This document shows positions 49,062 to 62,100 of a stretch of 64,000 nt of DNA, piece by piece (the stretch's first letter is position 1; each line of letters begins with the position of its first letter). The DNA lies in the NCBI GenBank assembly GCA_043228905.1, contig JBHGNT010000001.1, positions 15,686,001-15,750,000 on the forward strand. The letters run 5' to 3'. This stretch comes from Azolla caroliniana. Its lineage: Eukaryota; Plantae; Polypodiophyta. Made by a program: the position numbers and the translations under genes. The notes under the pieces are model-generated. The model made no database searches and had not been told where the DNA came from. It worked only from the letters and a program-made list of their open reading frames with translations.

Positions 49062-52000
49062 TTAGTTGTTCTCCGGTCCTATCGGACCTTTGCCCGAAGC
49101 GTGCAACTCGCCAGCCTCTTGTCGGTTTGCCGGCTCATGCTCCTCCTTACTGGCTTGGTGGTAGCCGTTGTCTTCACCGGTTGCCGTTATGGTTGGCCTA
49201 CTGGCATCTGATTCGGTGGCGGCCCTTCGTTCAAATGGGTTCTTAGGCATAGGTCCTTTGTATGGTTTTAATCTAAATCCGTTGACCCATTTGCTCAGCA
49301 CTTCTCCGGCAAGTGTCCCCAACTGGTAAGACCCATTGAACTCGCGTGTGATCCAGTATGGTCCGGTTCACCTAAACCGTAGTTTACCTGGCATTTTGCC
49401 CATCCGGGTCTGGAACACGAGTACCGGCTTGCCAGTTCTGAACATCTTTTCGTTTCCCTTCCGGTGCCGATCTACAAATGCTTTCCGTCTCCGTTGTTCC
49501 AATTCCAGGTGCATAATGCTCGCCAGTTGGTGTTCTTCCAGTTCGCACAAGGCCTTTAACCGAATTGCCTCCGATTCTTTTTCGTTCAATCGTTCCCGAA
49601 TCTGAATCTGTAAGCTTGGTACCTGAAACTCGACCGGCATGACTGCCTCCAATCCGAATGCTAACCGGAACGGTGTTGTCCAGATGCTTGTTTTGTACGT
49701 TGTCCGGTAAGCCCAGAGCGCATTGTGCAGCTTCGTGTCCCAATCTGTCCGATTTTCATTGACGATCTTCCGGAGGATATTTTGGAGTGTTTTGTTCGTC
49801 GACTCAGCTAACCCATTTGCTTGCGGATAGTACGGTGTGCTTCTTTTATGTACTACTGCATAGAACATCGTCAAACTTTCTACCACCTGTCCAAGAAAGT
49901 GCCCTCCTTGGTCATTTATCAGTTCTATGGGGCAACCGTACCGGCACCAAATGTATTCGTATAAGAATTTCGTTGTTGACGTTGCTGTGTTGTCTCGTAG
50001 GGCTTTCGCTTCCACCCACTTAGTGCTGTAATCCGTCGCGACAATCACGTACCGGTTGCCGGTTCTCATTGCCGGTGATTTAAATGGCCCGACGAAATCC
50101 AGCCCCCATTTCTGGAATGGTTCTAGTGGTAGGACTGGCTGGTGCGGCATCCGAGCTTGCTCCGTTGGCTGACCCATTCGTTGGCATAGATCACACTCCT
50201 TCGCATACCGGACTGCATCTTTCAATGTGGTTGGCCACCATAGGCCACTTTGCCATACTTTCCTTGCCGTCGCATCTCCGGCATAATGGCCTCCGGCGAC
50301 TCCGCAGTGTGCCTCCCGTAGTATTACCTCCTTCTCGTCGCTGCGCACCGCTTGTCGCCAGATACCGTCCGCACCTTTGTGGTATAGCGTATCCTATAGT
50401 AAACAGAAGTGCCGGCTCTGTACCGCCAGGCGTTTTCTCTCGTCCCGGTTCATCTCCTCCGGTGGCAATCCGGTACTCAGAAACTGGTGCATATTAGTTA
50501 GCCACTTATCTTCTTGTGCCACCGTTCCATCTGTTGCCGTTTCCGTGGTGACTCGAAAAAGCTCTACATCCGGAAACTCGTCCGGTACTCGGTCACCTGT
50601 CTCCCTGGAATCTAACCGACTTAGATAATCTGCTACCGCATGCTGTATGCCAGGTCGGTGGAATATCTCGAATTCGAACTCTTGCAACAACAAAGTCCAC
50701 TGGGCCAACTTACCGGTAAGTGACGCTTTGGATACCAGGTAGAGGAGTGCCGAATGATCTACATGAAAGGAGAACTTTCTTCCCAATAAATAATGCCTGG
50801 ATTTTGTTACACTGTAGATCATTCCTAAAGCTTCCCTTTCCGTGGTAGAATAATTTCGTTCTGCTTGGGATAGCTTCCGGTTGGCATAGTACACTGGCCG
50901 GTACCAGCTTGGCTCGGTAAGCTGCATGAGCGTGCTGCCGATTGCGATATTGGAAGCGTCCATGAACACATGAAACTATTTACTCCAATCAAGAGGCTGC
51001 ACTACCGGTGCTTGTGACAATAACAACTTTAGTGCCCGGTAGGCCTTGTCTTCGATGTCGGTCCATTGGAACGGTGTTCGATGTACTGCCGTATGCAGAG
51101 GTGTAGCCAGGTCTGCCAAATATCGGAGCATACGGCTATGCCAGCGGATTTATCCTAGGAAACGGCTCAATGCCTTTGCCGTTGCCGGGGTCGGTGCTTC
51201 CCGGATTGCTTTCACTTTGTCCGGATCTACAGCAATGCCTTCCTTGCTTACTATATGCCCTAGTAGCGTTCTGCTGGCCACTCCAAATACACACTTCGCC
51301 GAATTCAGGCTTAGCCGATACGCCCTACACTTCTCTAGACATAGTCTGAGATGCTGCAAATGATCTTCTTCTCTACTATAGACGGCGAAGTCGTCAAGGA
51401 ACACCTACATAAAAGCCAGTATGTATTCGCCAAAGATCTCCATGATGATCCGTTGGAATGTTGCTGGTGCCGTTTTTAGCCCGAACATCATCACCACCAC
51501 AACAAACACTCCCCATTCGGTGACGAAAACCATTTTCTCTTGATCTTAGGGTGCATCCGGATCTGATTATACCCGTTGAATCCGTCTAAGAAACTGTAGA
51601 CTTCATGGCCGGCGACGGCATCCAAAACTCCATCTGTAAACGGAAGGGGAAATGCATCCGTTACCGTTGATGCATTGAGCTTCCGGTAGTCGACACAAAC
51701 TCTAATTTTTCCGTTCTTTTTTGGTACGACTACAATCGGGCTCAGCCATGTAGATTTCTTTACGGGCCGGATGAAGCCGACCCTCAGTAATTTGTCGATC
51801 TCCTCCTTGACTTTGGCGGCGTAGTTTGGGTTCATCTGGTACCGCCACTGTGCCACCGGCTTGGCGTCTTTGCTCAGATGTATCTGGTGCTAATACAACT
51901 AAGGATCCAGGCCTCTCATATCCTCGTATGACCAGGCAAAGACATCGCGAAACTCGTTGAGCAGTGTAATTATCGCCGTTTTGTTCTCTGCATTCATTTC

Positions 52001-54784
52001 TTTGGCGATGTGCACCGGTTTTGCCTCCTCCGTCGTTCCTAGATTTACCTCTTCTAACTGGGACGCTTTTACGCACTGGGATACAGCCATTTCCCTTTCC
52101 AATGTCTCCTGCGCATGCCGTAACTCCTGGATTGCTTCTTTATCCGGTTCCGCTTCGGTTTCGTCCGGTTGCAGTAAGTAGGGTGATACCGCCTCCGCAA
52201 CGTCAATTTCGAAGAGGGGTACAATCTTCGGGTTCTCCATCAAGTACTGCTCTTCCTCTTCGTCTGCTAATCCCTCCAGCATATTGACACACTCCGCATA
52301 TAACGGTGCCAGGTCCTTGCCGGTGCCCTTCCTTTGTTGTGTTGGTACCCGTACCTTCGCTTTTCCCCGCCGGAACGTAATCATATTCCTCCTCCAGTTC
52401 TGCTTGATATGTGTCGTTTTTAACCAAGGACGTCCCAACAATAATGGGTACGCTCCTTGAGCCTGCAACTGGAGAACTACGGCTGAGATTCGGAATGTGT
52501 GGCCCCCGATGGCTACTTCCAAACTCCGTATTAATCCTGTCGGTCGCACCGAACTTGTGTCAGTCATTCGGAGCCAAAACGGACATGGCTCCCACTCTCG
52601 GATTCCAAGAGCATCGCATGTTCGGAGGCTGATCACATTAACGTTGGAACCTCCGTCTATTATTGTGCCGGGGAGTTCTTTCCCTTTCACAATGGTCGTA
52701 ATTGTCGGACTGTTGGTGTCCACCACGGTCGGTCCCTCCTCCGGATTGGAGAAGAATGTCGGAGCCGGTGGTGTTCCGCTTGTCGTCATGCCTTCCTTGA
52801 GTCCTTTTGTGAATCTTGGTACTAGCTGCAAGAGTCGTCCTAACGGCAGCGTGATCTGGCATTCCTGCAATACTTGCCATGTCGCATTTTCGGACTGACT
52901 GCTTCCGGCGAGCTCTTCGGTGTTCTCCTTCTGTTGCGTGAGTTCTGCTACGTTTCGCTCATTGGCCTTTTTTACCCATTCCGTTGCTTGTTTCCGGATG
53001 GCCTCTTGTGTCTCCCATTCCGTAGTCTTCCCCTTCGACCTTGTGGTGACCTGTTGGAGGTCTGCGACTTCGGCGACTACCATGTTTACTGCCGGTCGCT
53101 TATCATAGCTTTTTGCCGGACATTGATTACTATAATGTCCTTCTTGCCGGCAGTAATAGCAATATGCTTTCCGGGTGTTGCTAGATTCAGCATTGTTTCC
53201 TGTACCCGGTGGAGGACTTGTGGTAACCGCGGGGCTCTAGTCTGGTTGGCTGCTTGAGGCGCCTTTTTCCGGTTCACGTGGGTGGCTCCCGTTTTTGAAA
53301 TGCCATTTTTTATTAAAGTTCTTTTTGTTGCGGTACCCTTGCCGGGGTTGGTCGTCATACCTCCCGTAATCTTCCCGTCGTTGGTGATACCCGGGGGAGT
53401 GATCCCAGTTGTGATGCTCGTACCGTCCATTGTATTCGCGATACTTGTCGTATTTCTTGTACTGGTCGTAGTTGTCTCGCCGGTTGTCGTACCGGACATC
53501 TTGTGCCGGTCGATATCGCTCCTCTCATCGCCAGCGTTCATCTTCTTCGTCTCGGCTGCTACGTGGCTCGATTTGCCGGACTAGTGGAGCTTGCCGATTC
53601 AATAAGTTATATTCGCACCGGTCCATCGTGTGGCTCATAGATTGGCAGAGTAAGCAGTGCATCCGCATGGTGCACTCCAGTGACGAGTGTCCAGAATTCA
53701 AGCAAGTCGTGCATTGGATTGCTTGCCGGAAACGGAGATCCTCATCGGTTGGTAATGCTCGTTGGAGGGCTCCCATTGTTAGCCAAGAGCTCGTTTTCTC
53801 CATTTCTCAAACCCGGTCGATGACTTGGTTGACGGTGCTTGTGCGAAAGTCAATGACCGTGCATACCGTTCGTAGAGGTTCCCGGAGCATGGCTAAAAAT
53901 ATAGCCCGCGTTTCTTCCTCCGGAGGTGCGCGGGTAAGCTGACTGTGCATCCGTTGAAACCGGATGACAAACTGTGGGATGCTCTCGCCGAGGTCCTGCC
54001 GAATTGTGTAAAATAAGCCCACCATTTCTCGCTGATCCACCTCCTTCTGGAAGAAGTGCAAGAATTTGTCTTTCAGGTCCGCAAAGGTGGTGATGGTGTT
54101 GCGATCCTGAGTTCGGTGCCATCTAGCGGCCGGTCCTTCTAATGTCACGCCGAATTCAGCTATCTTAGATCGTTCCTCTTCTGCCGCGGTTAACCGTTGT
54201 GACACATGGTTTGCTTCCCATGTTTGTTCAAATGCGTGAACATGAGCCTCTGCATCCGGGTCATCCCGATACTTGGAGTATTGGAATGGCATATCGTCGT
54301 CCGGTGTCGGTACGCGGCCTGGCAGTGTTGGTGGTCTTTCCTGCTGTTCCGCCGGCGTCTGAGGTCTTTGCTAGTTTTCCTTTAGTGTTGCCGGCTCGAC
54401 TTCCGGTGTTGGAGGTTTTTGCCGGTGTACTTCCGTCTCCGGAGGTTGCTCCACGACAAGTGTCGGAGGTTCTTGGTCTGCCAACTCTAGTTCCGGTGTC
54501 GGTAAAGTATCTGACTCCTCGTCCTCCGGTCCTCTTGGGGTGTCGTTACTACTGCGATAGTTCGTATGCGCGTTGTAACCCCCTTCCGAATCCGATTCCA
54601 GTGCTGAGAATGCTTCAGATTTTCCTTCTCTTCTGGCCAAGGCCTGGAGAAGGGTTTCCGCTTCCCGGAGGCTGCTTAAGCTGCTTCCTTCGTCCGGGTA
54701 AGTGTTTTGTTGTAGACAGAGCGACTCCTCTGCCACTTTCCGGATCACTTTGGAAAATGATCGATCCGTTCGGATTTGTTCCAT
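49062..54784 (-). pseudogene. gypsy gag-pol (gag, 3 CCHC knuckles, PR, RT, RNase H, INT) with stops and frameshifts
   Basis: TLEGPAARW; IIDGGSNVN; VCVDYRKLN; FLDDF; MDASNIAIG..EREALG; WGLDFVGP; NGLAESTNK. Confidence 0.95.
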
Positions 54785-56066
54785 TGCTTGCTGAAAAGCC
54801 TCTCGCCACCGTCACCGTTCAACAAGTCTTCGTGCCCTCTCCATAACCGGGTCGTCTGTTGGCCTAGTCATCCATTCCTGCCGCTGTTCACTACGATAAT
54901 GCAGGAATCGTGGTTGCCAAAAACTGTGTTATTGCTAGGGCCGGACAACAGCCTAACACAGGGTGTCCACTCAAGACACGTCACCAAAGGGTGGTACGGC
55001 AGAATGACTTACGGCACAACGCTTAATTAGAACTTAATCGATTACTTAGCCATCCATAATTAACACGCGTAAGATATGACAATAATTACAGAACGGTAAT
55101 CAACACTTGGAGATTAAGATCATAAGCTTTATTAATTATCCGCTCTTGATTACATTGTAACCGGGCCTTTATATAGGTCTCCGGTGCGAAGTACAAAATG
55201 GTGCCAACCGGCACCTTTACGGTATCGTTCCGGATCCGGATCGGCATACCGATTCTAGTCCGTCTATCCACATAATAATATGTATATATTAAGACTACCA
55301 ATTCCAACAGTTCCCGAATAACTATTCCTTTCACACTCTGGTTTGGACCTCCTTTAGACTTCTTTGTCGGCCGGTAACAAGGTAGATATTGCTCATGTTG
55401 TCGCAATAGAGGTGAATTGGATCCTTGATGGGTATGCCCAGATCCTTTAGTACGCGTTTGAGCCAAACGGCTTCGCATGCGGCGACTGTTGCGCCCCTGT
55501 ATTTGGCTTCCGTGCTCGACAGTGCGACTGTCGGCTGCTTCTTACTACTCCAGGAGATCGCTCCGCTACCAAGAGAGAAGACGAATCCGGATGTGGATCG
55601 TCTGTCCGCTTTATATCCTGCCCAATCTGCGTCTATGTACCCTTCGAGTCGAATGATCGCATTTGTCTTGTACATGATGACGTGGTCCATTGTCGTACCG
55701 ACATACCGAAGTATCCTCTTCGTGTAGTCTAGATGAAGATTTCACGGATTCTGCATAAATTGGCTAAGTAGGCCGACCGAATAACTAAGGTCGGGTCGCG
55801 TAATGGTCAAATAGATCAAACTAACGATCAGTTGTCGATACTGAGTCGGCTCACTCTCAACGGTTCCGGAACTGGCATCGATCTTGAGATTACGATCAAG
55901 AGGGGTGGACACAGGCTTGCACTCAGTCATTCCGAACTTGTAGAGTAAGTTGAGAATGTAGTATCATTGAGAGATTATTATTCCGACTGTTGTCCGAATT
56001 ACTTCAATACCTAGGAAGTAATGGAGCTCATGTAAGTCTTTCATTTCGAATCTATCGGAAAGAAGT

Positions 56067-56513
56067 TGTTAAGAATTAGGGAAGTAATTAAGTATGGGTT
56101 AATTAGTACCTAATTATGTGATTAAGTTAATAAGCGGAAGATTAAGAGATATGTGTGTGTTGTGTGTGAGAGGAAGAGAGAGAGAGAGAGAGATACACTT
56201 ATGAACAACACAAGATGGGGGATGAGTAACTATATTAAATTAGCTTTATCATCATCAAATACAAAAATACCCACAATGACGTATATATGCATCTCATGTG
56301 CAAAGGTGCACATGTGTGAGTAGAATATAGGTACTAATGTGTAAGTCCTATATTAAATGTACTTAGGAGTGGAGGATCTAGAATATCCCACTTAAGTACA
56401 AGGTCCTATTTAAGGCATTATAGTCAACACTTCTAACTAGATTCTATTTAGGTAACTACGAAGTTACATGGTTGACTAACTAACTAAACTAAGTTGAGCT
56501 TGATCTGTCAACA
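56067..56513 (-). mobile_element. copia solo LTR, TSD GAAGT/GAAGC
   Basis: Homologous over its full length to 8597-9040; inserted in copia RT. Confidence 0.92.
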
Positions 56514-59133
56514 GAAGCGATTTGACTTTGTTAATCTCGGTGAGATCCTTTCCTCCGATGACCAAATCATCCACGTACAGGATGATGATGATCAGGCTAT
56601 CCGATTCGTTTTGGATGTACAAAGAGGTGTCGTATTTTGATATCCGAAATCCAATTTGGTGAAGATATTGCGTGATCTTCGAGTGCCAAGCACGCGGTGC
56701 TTGTTTGAGGCCGTAGAGTGGCTTCTTGAGTTGGCATACGGCGTGCAAATGCTTACGCGATTCGAATACAGGTGGTTGTATCATGTACACCTCTTCTTCT
56801 AACTCTCCTTGGAGGAAAGCATTTTTCACGTCCATCTGGTGGAGGTGTCATACCTTCGCTGCGGCGAGTGCAATTACTGTTCGTACAGTTGTCATCTTTG
56901 CCACCGGCGCAAAGGTTTCTTCATAGTCTAGGCCATGCGTTTGCGCATAGCCTTTCGCAACAAGTCGTGCTTTGAAGCGATTTAGGGATCCGTCGGCATT
57001 GTATTTTACTTTGTATATCCATCTGTAGCCAAACGCTTTCTTGTTCGGCGGGTGAGGGACGATATCCCATGTCTCGTTTTTGCATAGCGTTTCCATTTCC
57101 TCATGCATCGCGTTGACCCATCGCGGATCATTTACAGCTTCGGAAAGCCTTTCTAGCTCCATTACTATTGCTACCTTCATCATAAAAGCGTGTAATGATA
57201 CACCATGTACTCGTCGTAGCCGTAGCGGTTTACGGGGTTCTTGTCACGTGTGGATCGGTGTAGCACTCGATCCGTGGTTGTCTTGACTCCATCTATGCAG
57301 ATGTCGGGATCTTCAAATTCACTGTCAAGAGAGTGAAGCATCTCGGTCTCTTCCTGATCTTCATATTCCAGCATTTTCGCCTTCCCTTTGCCTAGCTTCG
57401 AACTTGGCCAAGATGTGCTTTCGTCGCTCGGCGGCTCTAATGGCCCACTCAACCATGTCGAAATTGGGTTGTCTTCTAACATCTGTGAGAGCCGATCCCC
57501 AGATTCTATTTCTATTTCAGTGTCATCCGCATCGAGCGAGGTTGGAGTCGAAGTATTCTCTGGTGCGTACCAGGATGTGTATTCGTCGAAGACTACGTCT
57601 CGACTTGTTCGAACTTTACGGGTAGATGGGTTGTAGCATTTGTACCCCTTCTGTTCGAGTGAGTATCCTACGAGGATACATTTCTCCGACTTTGGGTCAA
57701 GCTTTTGTCACGTATCGTCAGGAATATGTACATAGGCGATAGAACCAAAAATGCGGACATGTGACAAGTCCAGCTTCTTTCCGAAGAACTTCTCATGCGG
57801 AGTTATATCGTGTACTCCCGAGGTTGTGCACCTATTCATGAGATATACAGCCATATTTGCCGCTTCTCCCCAATATGATTTCGGTAGGTTCTTCTCGTTC
57901 ATCATGGCTCGTGCAACTTCTACTACATGGCAATTTTTGCGCTCTGCTTCGCCGTTTTGCTGAGGCGTGTGTCGACATGAGAACTCTTGTCGGATTCCTT
58001 CTTTTCAGAGATACACCATAAATTCATCCAAAAAATATTCTTTGCCTCCCTCTAATCGAAGACAGCGTACATGCCGACCCGTAGTTTTTTCGACTTCGGC
58101 TTTGAATGTCTGGAAGTGCCTAAACACTTCACTCTTCTGCTTCGTCGGATAGATCCAGGTGTTCCTGGAGAAGTCTTCGATGAACATGACATAGTATCGG
58201 GATCCGCCGAATGTTGTTGTCTGGGCTAGTCCCCACACATCTGAATGTACAACATCCATGATCCCTTTGCTCACATTCCACTCTTTAGGGAATGGGTGAT
58301 GGCATTGCTTTCCAAACTGACATGCTTCGCATACACCTGTAATCTCCTTCGCTGTAAAGTTTGGGAGTCTGATTATAACTCCTTTCGATTGCATGTTCTG
58401 GAGCTTCTGGAGATTGATGTGGCCGATTCTCTTGTGCCACAGTTTTAAGTCGGTTTCGACTTTCTGGCCCTTTGCGTACATGGATGACTTTACCTCGCTC
58501 GATTCGAGGATGAACATACGGCCTTCTCGCCGACGTGAGCTATGACTTGATTGCCTTTTTCAATGAAGCATCTGTCATTATTGAAGCATACTTCCATTCC
58601 TTGTTCGACAATCTAGCCAATTGAGACCAGGTTTTTCGTAATGGTGGGGACATGCAGCACGTTCTTGAGGTAGGTTTGTTTGCCGTCGTTTCCGAATGGG
58701 ACATTCCCAATATGCTGTATTGGGTGAGTCGTGTCATCTCCTATTTCGACATATCCGGGACGTTTGGGCTTCCGTAGTTCCCAAAACCAATCTTCATGGG
58801 ACGTCATGTGATTGGAGGCTCCCGAATCGACAAAACCATACGTTGTTCTGAGTGGAAACGGTAGTTGACCCAAGTGCGGACATTGAGTGCGCTTCGTGCT
58901 TCATTATGAACATTCCGCCGTGGTCGCCGTAGTCGGAGTTCGTGCCATAATTTGTTAGTTGTTGGCCTTGCTCACGCTTCTTCTTCTAACACTCCTCTTC
59001 ATAGTGGTCGGGTTTTCCGTAGTACCTGCACTCAACTGGGTTCCTACGGTTGCTTGGTCCGACGTGATGACTCCCCCTTCCGCCGAACTCTCTGGGGTCG
59101 TTTCTGTCTGCTTGCCATTGGTGGGAGTTAAGT

Positions 59134-62100
59134 TGTCGTGCCTTTCGACGCCGGATCGTTTCCGTGAGTCGGGTGGGAACCACTGAGGTTTTGTACTAGG
59201 AGAAAAGAAAATTCTAAGGCAATGAAGAATATGAAATATGTTGTAAGAAAGAAAGATATGAAAAGCTCGTGAATCCCACGAGTATAGTGTATTAGTGAGT
59301 ACTCAGATTAAGAGAGAAAAACAATTAGCAAATTTGTGAATCCCACGATTATATTATATTAATCCACCCTTGTAAAATAAGCAACAACCCCCATACATCT
59401 TTCTCTCCTCCTTATATAAGGATGGAAGAGGCTAGGCATAGCTTCATGCTTTTTCTAAAGTGTTCATGCACACTAAATGTGCATGAGTTGCCTTTTTACA
59501 CGATGCTTTTATTTCCTAAATATAGTGCTCATCCTCGCTAGATGTGCATGAGTCATTTTTTATTAGTGTACATTTTTCTTATATAAATAAAGTTTTCACG
59601 CATTCTAGAAAATGCATGACTTACCTTTTAATAAAGGTAGGCGTAAATAAAGGTCCTATATGTATTAAATCTATATTTAAAACACTTATGATAAGTTAGT
59701 ACAATGGTAAGGTTGGGGTTTGTCTTTGTGGAGGTATAGGGTTCAAATCTTGCCCTATGCATGTAATAAATATTTTTAATATTTTATTTTATTTATTATA
59801 CGTACTTTAAATCGGATATAGTATTTTATATATTTCACATAGTGTGTGATTCACACTACGACACTCGCCCCCTCCGAACCCGCACATCCTTCGGTATGTG
59901 CCGAAGTCCCCGATGCTTGCTATTCACCTTCATCCGAAGCTTCCTCCGATTCTCCCCTTAAGTCGACTATGAGTTGTAATCCACTTTCTTCGCTTACCGC
60001 ATCACCGCGATCTTCATCTGATTGCTCCTTCTTGTCGGTCTTGTCTAGGATCACATAGGGTTCTTCATCAGTCCGCTTCTTGAAAATCTTCACCCGTTTC
60101 CCGGCTATAGGCATTCGTAGCATCGTTCCATCCAACTCGAATAGTCGGTAAGTTTCGTTGTCGAAAACTTTCCGAACCTCGTATGGCCCGAACCACCTTT
60201 TCGCGAACTTCCGCATCATTGTATGTTGATGATCCAAACTACTGTCGTAGACAATCACCCAATCTCCTTCTTCAATCTTCCGCGGTCGTAGTCGGTGCTT
60301 TGTGTCGAACCGGCTTTTATTCCGAAATCGCACTTCTTGTTGTTGGCGTATTGCTTCCGCTATGTCTTCCGGTCTTCCCTCCAGTTGTCGTATCCGGACC
60401 ACTAGTAGTTCTTCCCGGCTCATCTCTTCCTTCCACGGTAGCACTGTCCATGTCGCGATCGCGGTTTCCGTTGGCATTACCGATGCTTGTCCGGACATGA
60501 GTTTTGCCGGCATGTAACCGGTTATGGAGCTATGCATCGTCCGATTCGCCCATAGTGCATACAGAAGCATCTGTGGCCAATCCTTCACCCTTCCATCGCA
60601 TGCCTTCGCAAGTGCTTTGACGATCAGACTATGTCCTCTTTCATTCTTCCCGTTGGCTTCCGGATTGTATGCCGTTGTCAGTGTTAACCGAACTCCATGT
60701 TTGGTGAAGAATTCCTTAGCTTTATCAGAGTCGAGTTCTCCCCAATCCGCAATCACTTGTCCTACACACCCGTACTTGCAAAACACTTCTTCCAAAAGGA
60801 ATTGGCATACCGCAGAACACGTTTTCCTTCGTAGCGCCCGACCTTCTACTTGGTTTGTGAGATCTTCCCGAGCTAACACCAAGTACTTCTTTTGTCCGAT
60901 CTCGGTTGGCATGGCTACAATATCGACCATCCATTTGAAGGTGATTGTCGGTGAGAATGTCGGATGTAACTCGTCTCAGTGTTGAACTCCGGAGTAGATT
61001 TGACACTTCTCGCAGCTTTCTGTGAACTCCGCTATATCTTTGTACATGTTCTTCCACCAATATTTTTGTTTGATTTTCACAAAAGTTGTCCACGTTCCTC
61101 GATGTCCAGCCCAATCGGATTTGTGAAATTCGGACATTATCCGGTTTCGTTGCTCTTTCGTCCCGACTACCCGAAGTGGTATGCCATCCGGTCTTTTCGG
61201 CTCCCTCCATATTAATCCATTTTTCAAGAAGAACTTTTGGACTTGCCGCTTCTTACTTCGGATCTCGGCTCTCTTCTCTTTATTGTCCGATTATTCCTCG
61301 ATTTCTTGTATCGCTTTCCCAATCAACAAGCTTTCTCCCTCGAATTCTCGGATTACGTTCACCCAGCATATGTGCTCCGAAGCAAAGTAGTCTTCAGAAA
61401 CTTCTTCATTATCGGATTCGGTTATGTCATCTCCGAACCGCACCCTTGATAGCATATCCGCTACCGCGTTGTCTTTTCCGGAGATGAGATGTGTCGTACC
61501 TCCGGATTAAGTGACTTAACATATGCAATCCACCTTAGCATAGCCACATCCGGTATCGTGCAACACCGCATCATCCCGAGTATCGGAAGACAATCCGTTT
61601 CGATCACTACTTCGGCTCCGATCAAATAAACCTGATCCGATTTGATTGCCGACACGACTCCCCATAATTCTCTTTTGACTTGTGCATAACCGTGTTGCCT
61701 TTCGTTGAGAACCTTTGCTCCGAATCGGATCGGATATCGCGAACCATCCGAATCGGCTTGATTAATGACCCATCCGATTCCAATTGGACTTGTGTCAACC
61801 GTTACTATGATCGGTCGGTCATAGTTCGGCTTCTTTAGTGCTTTTGCCCTCCGTAGTGATTCTTGTTGGTATGCTCTGGTTTCCATTCAAACTTCTTACC
61901 CTTCCGCAACAAGTGATAGAGTGGGTCCGCAATATGTGCATAGTGCGGAATCCATATGTGGTAGAATGCACACGCTCCGAGAAACCTTCGGACTTCGGAT
62001 TGTGACTCGCATATTTCTTTCATCACTTGAATCGCATCGATCTTGGTCGGTGACGGTCTTCGGCCGTAGGGCCCACATAGATGTCCGACTACCAATATCT

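Larger units (their letters stand above)
45361..55379 (-). mobile_element. full-length non-chromovirus Ty3/gypsy with an extra ORF and no PPT; 453-bp LTRs 45361-45813 and 54927-55379
   Basis: Direct repeats; TSD AAGTA/AGGTA; TATATAAA and AATAAA on the minus strand; order gag-PR-RT-RH-INT-extra ORF. Confidence 0.96.
44764..59133 (-). mobile_element. copia host element (3' LTR ~44764-45013; RNase H 45097-45360 + 55380-55740; RT/INT/PR/gag to 59133) split by three insertions
   Basis: DNMSNIYL|VQNPVFHA rejoins across the 45361-55379 insert; [10 protein letters not shown]; VHSDVWG; VDSGASNHMT; CRYYGKPDHYEEEC; PPT CGAAGGGGCA at 45014-45023; LTR left edge approximate. Confidence 0.9.
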
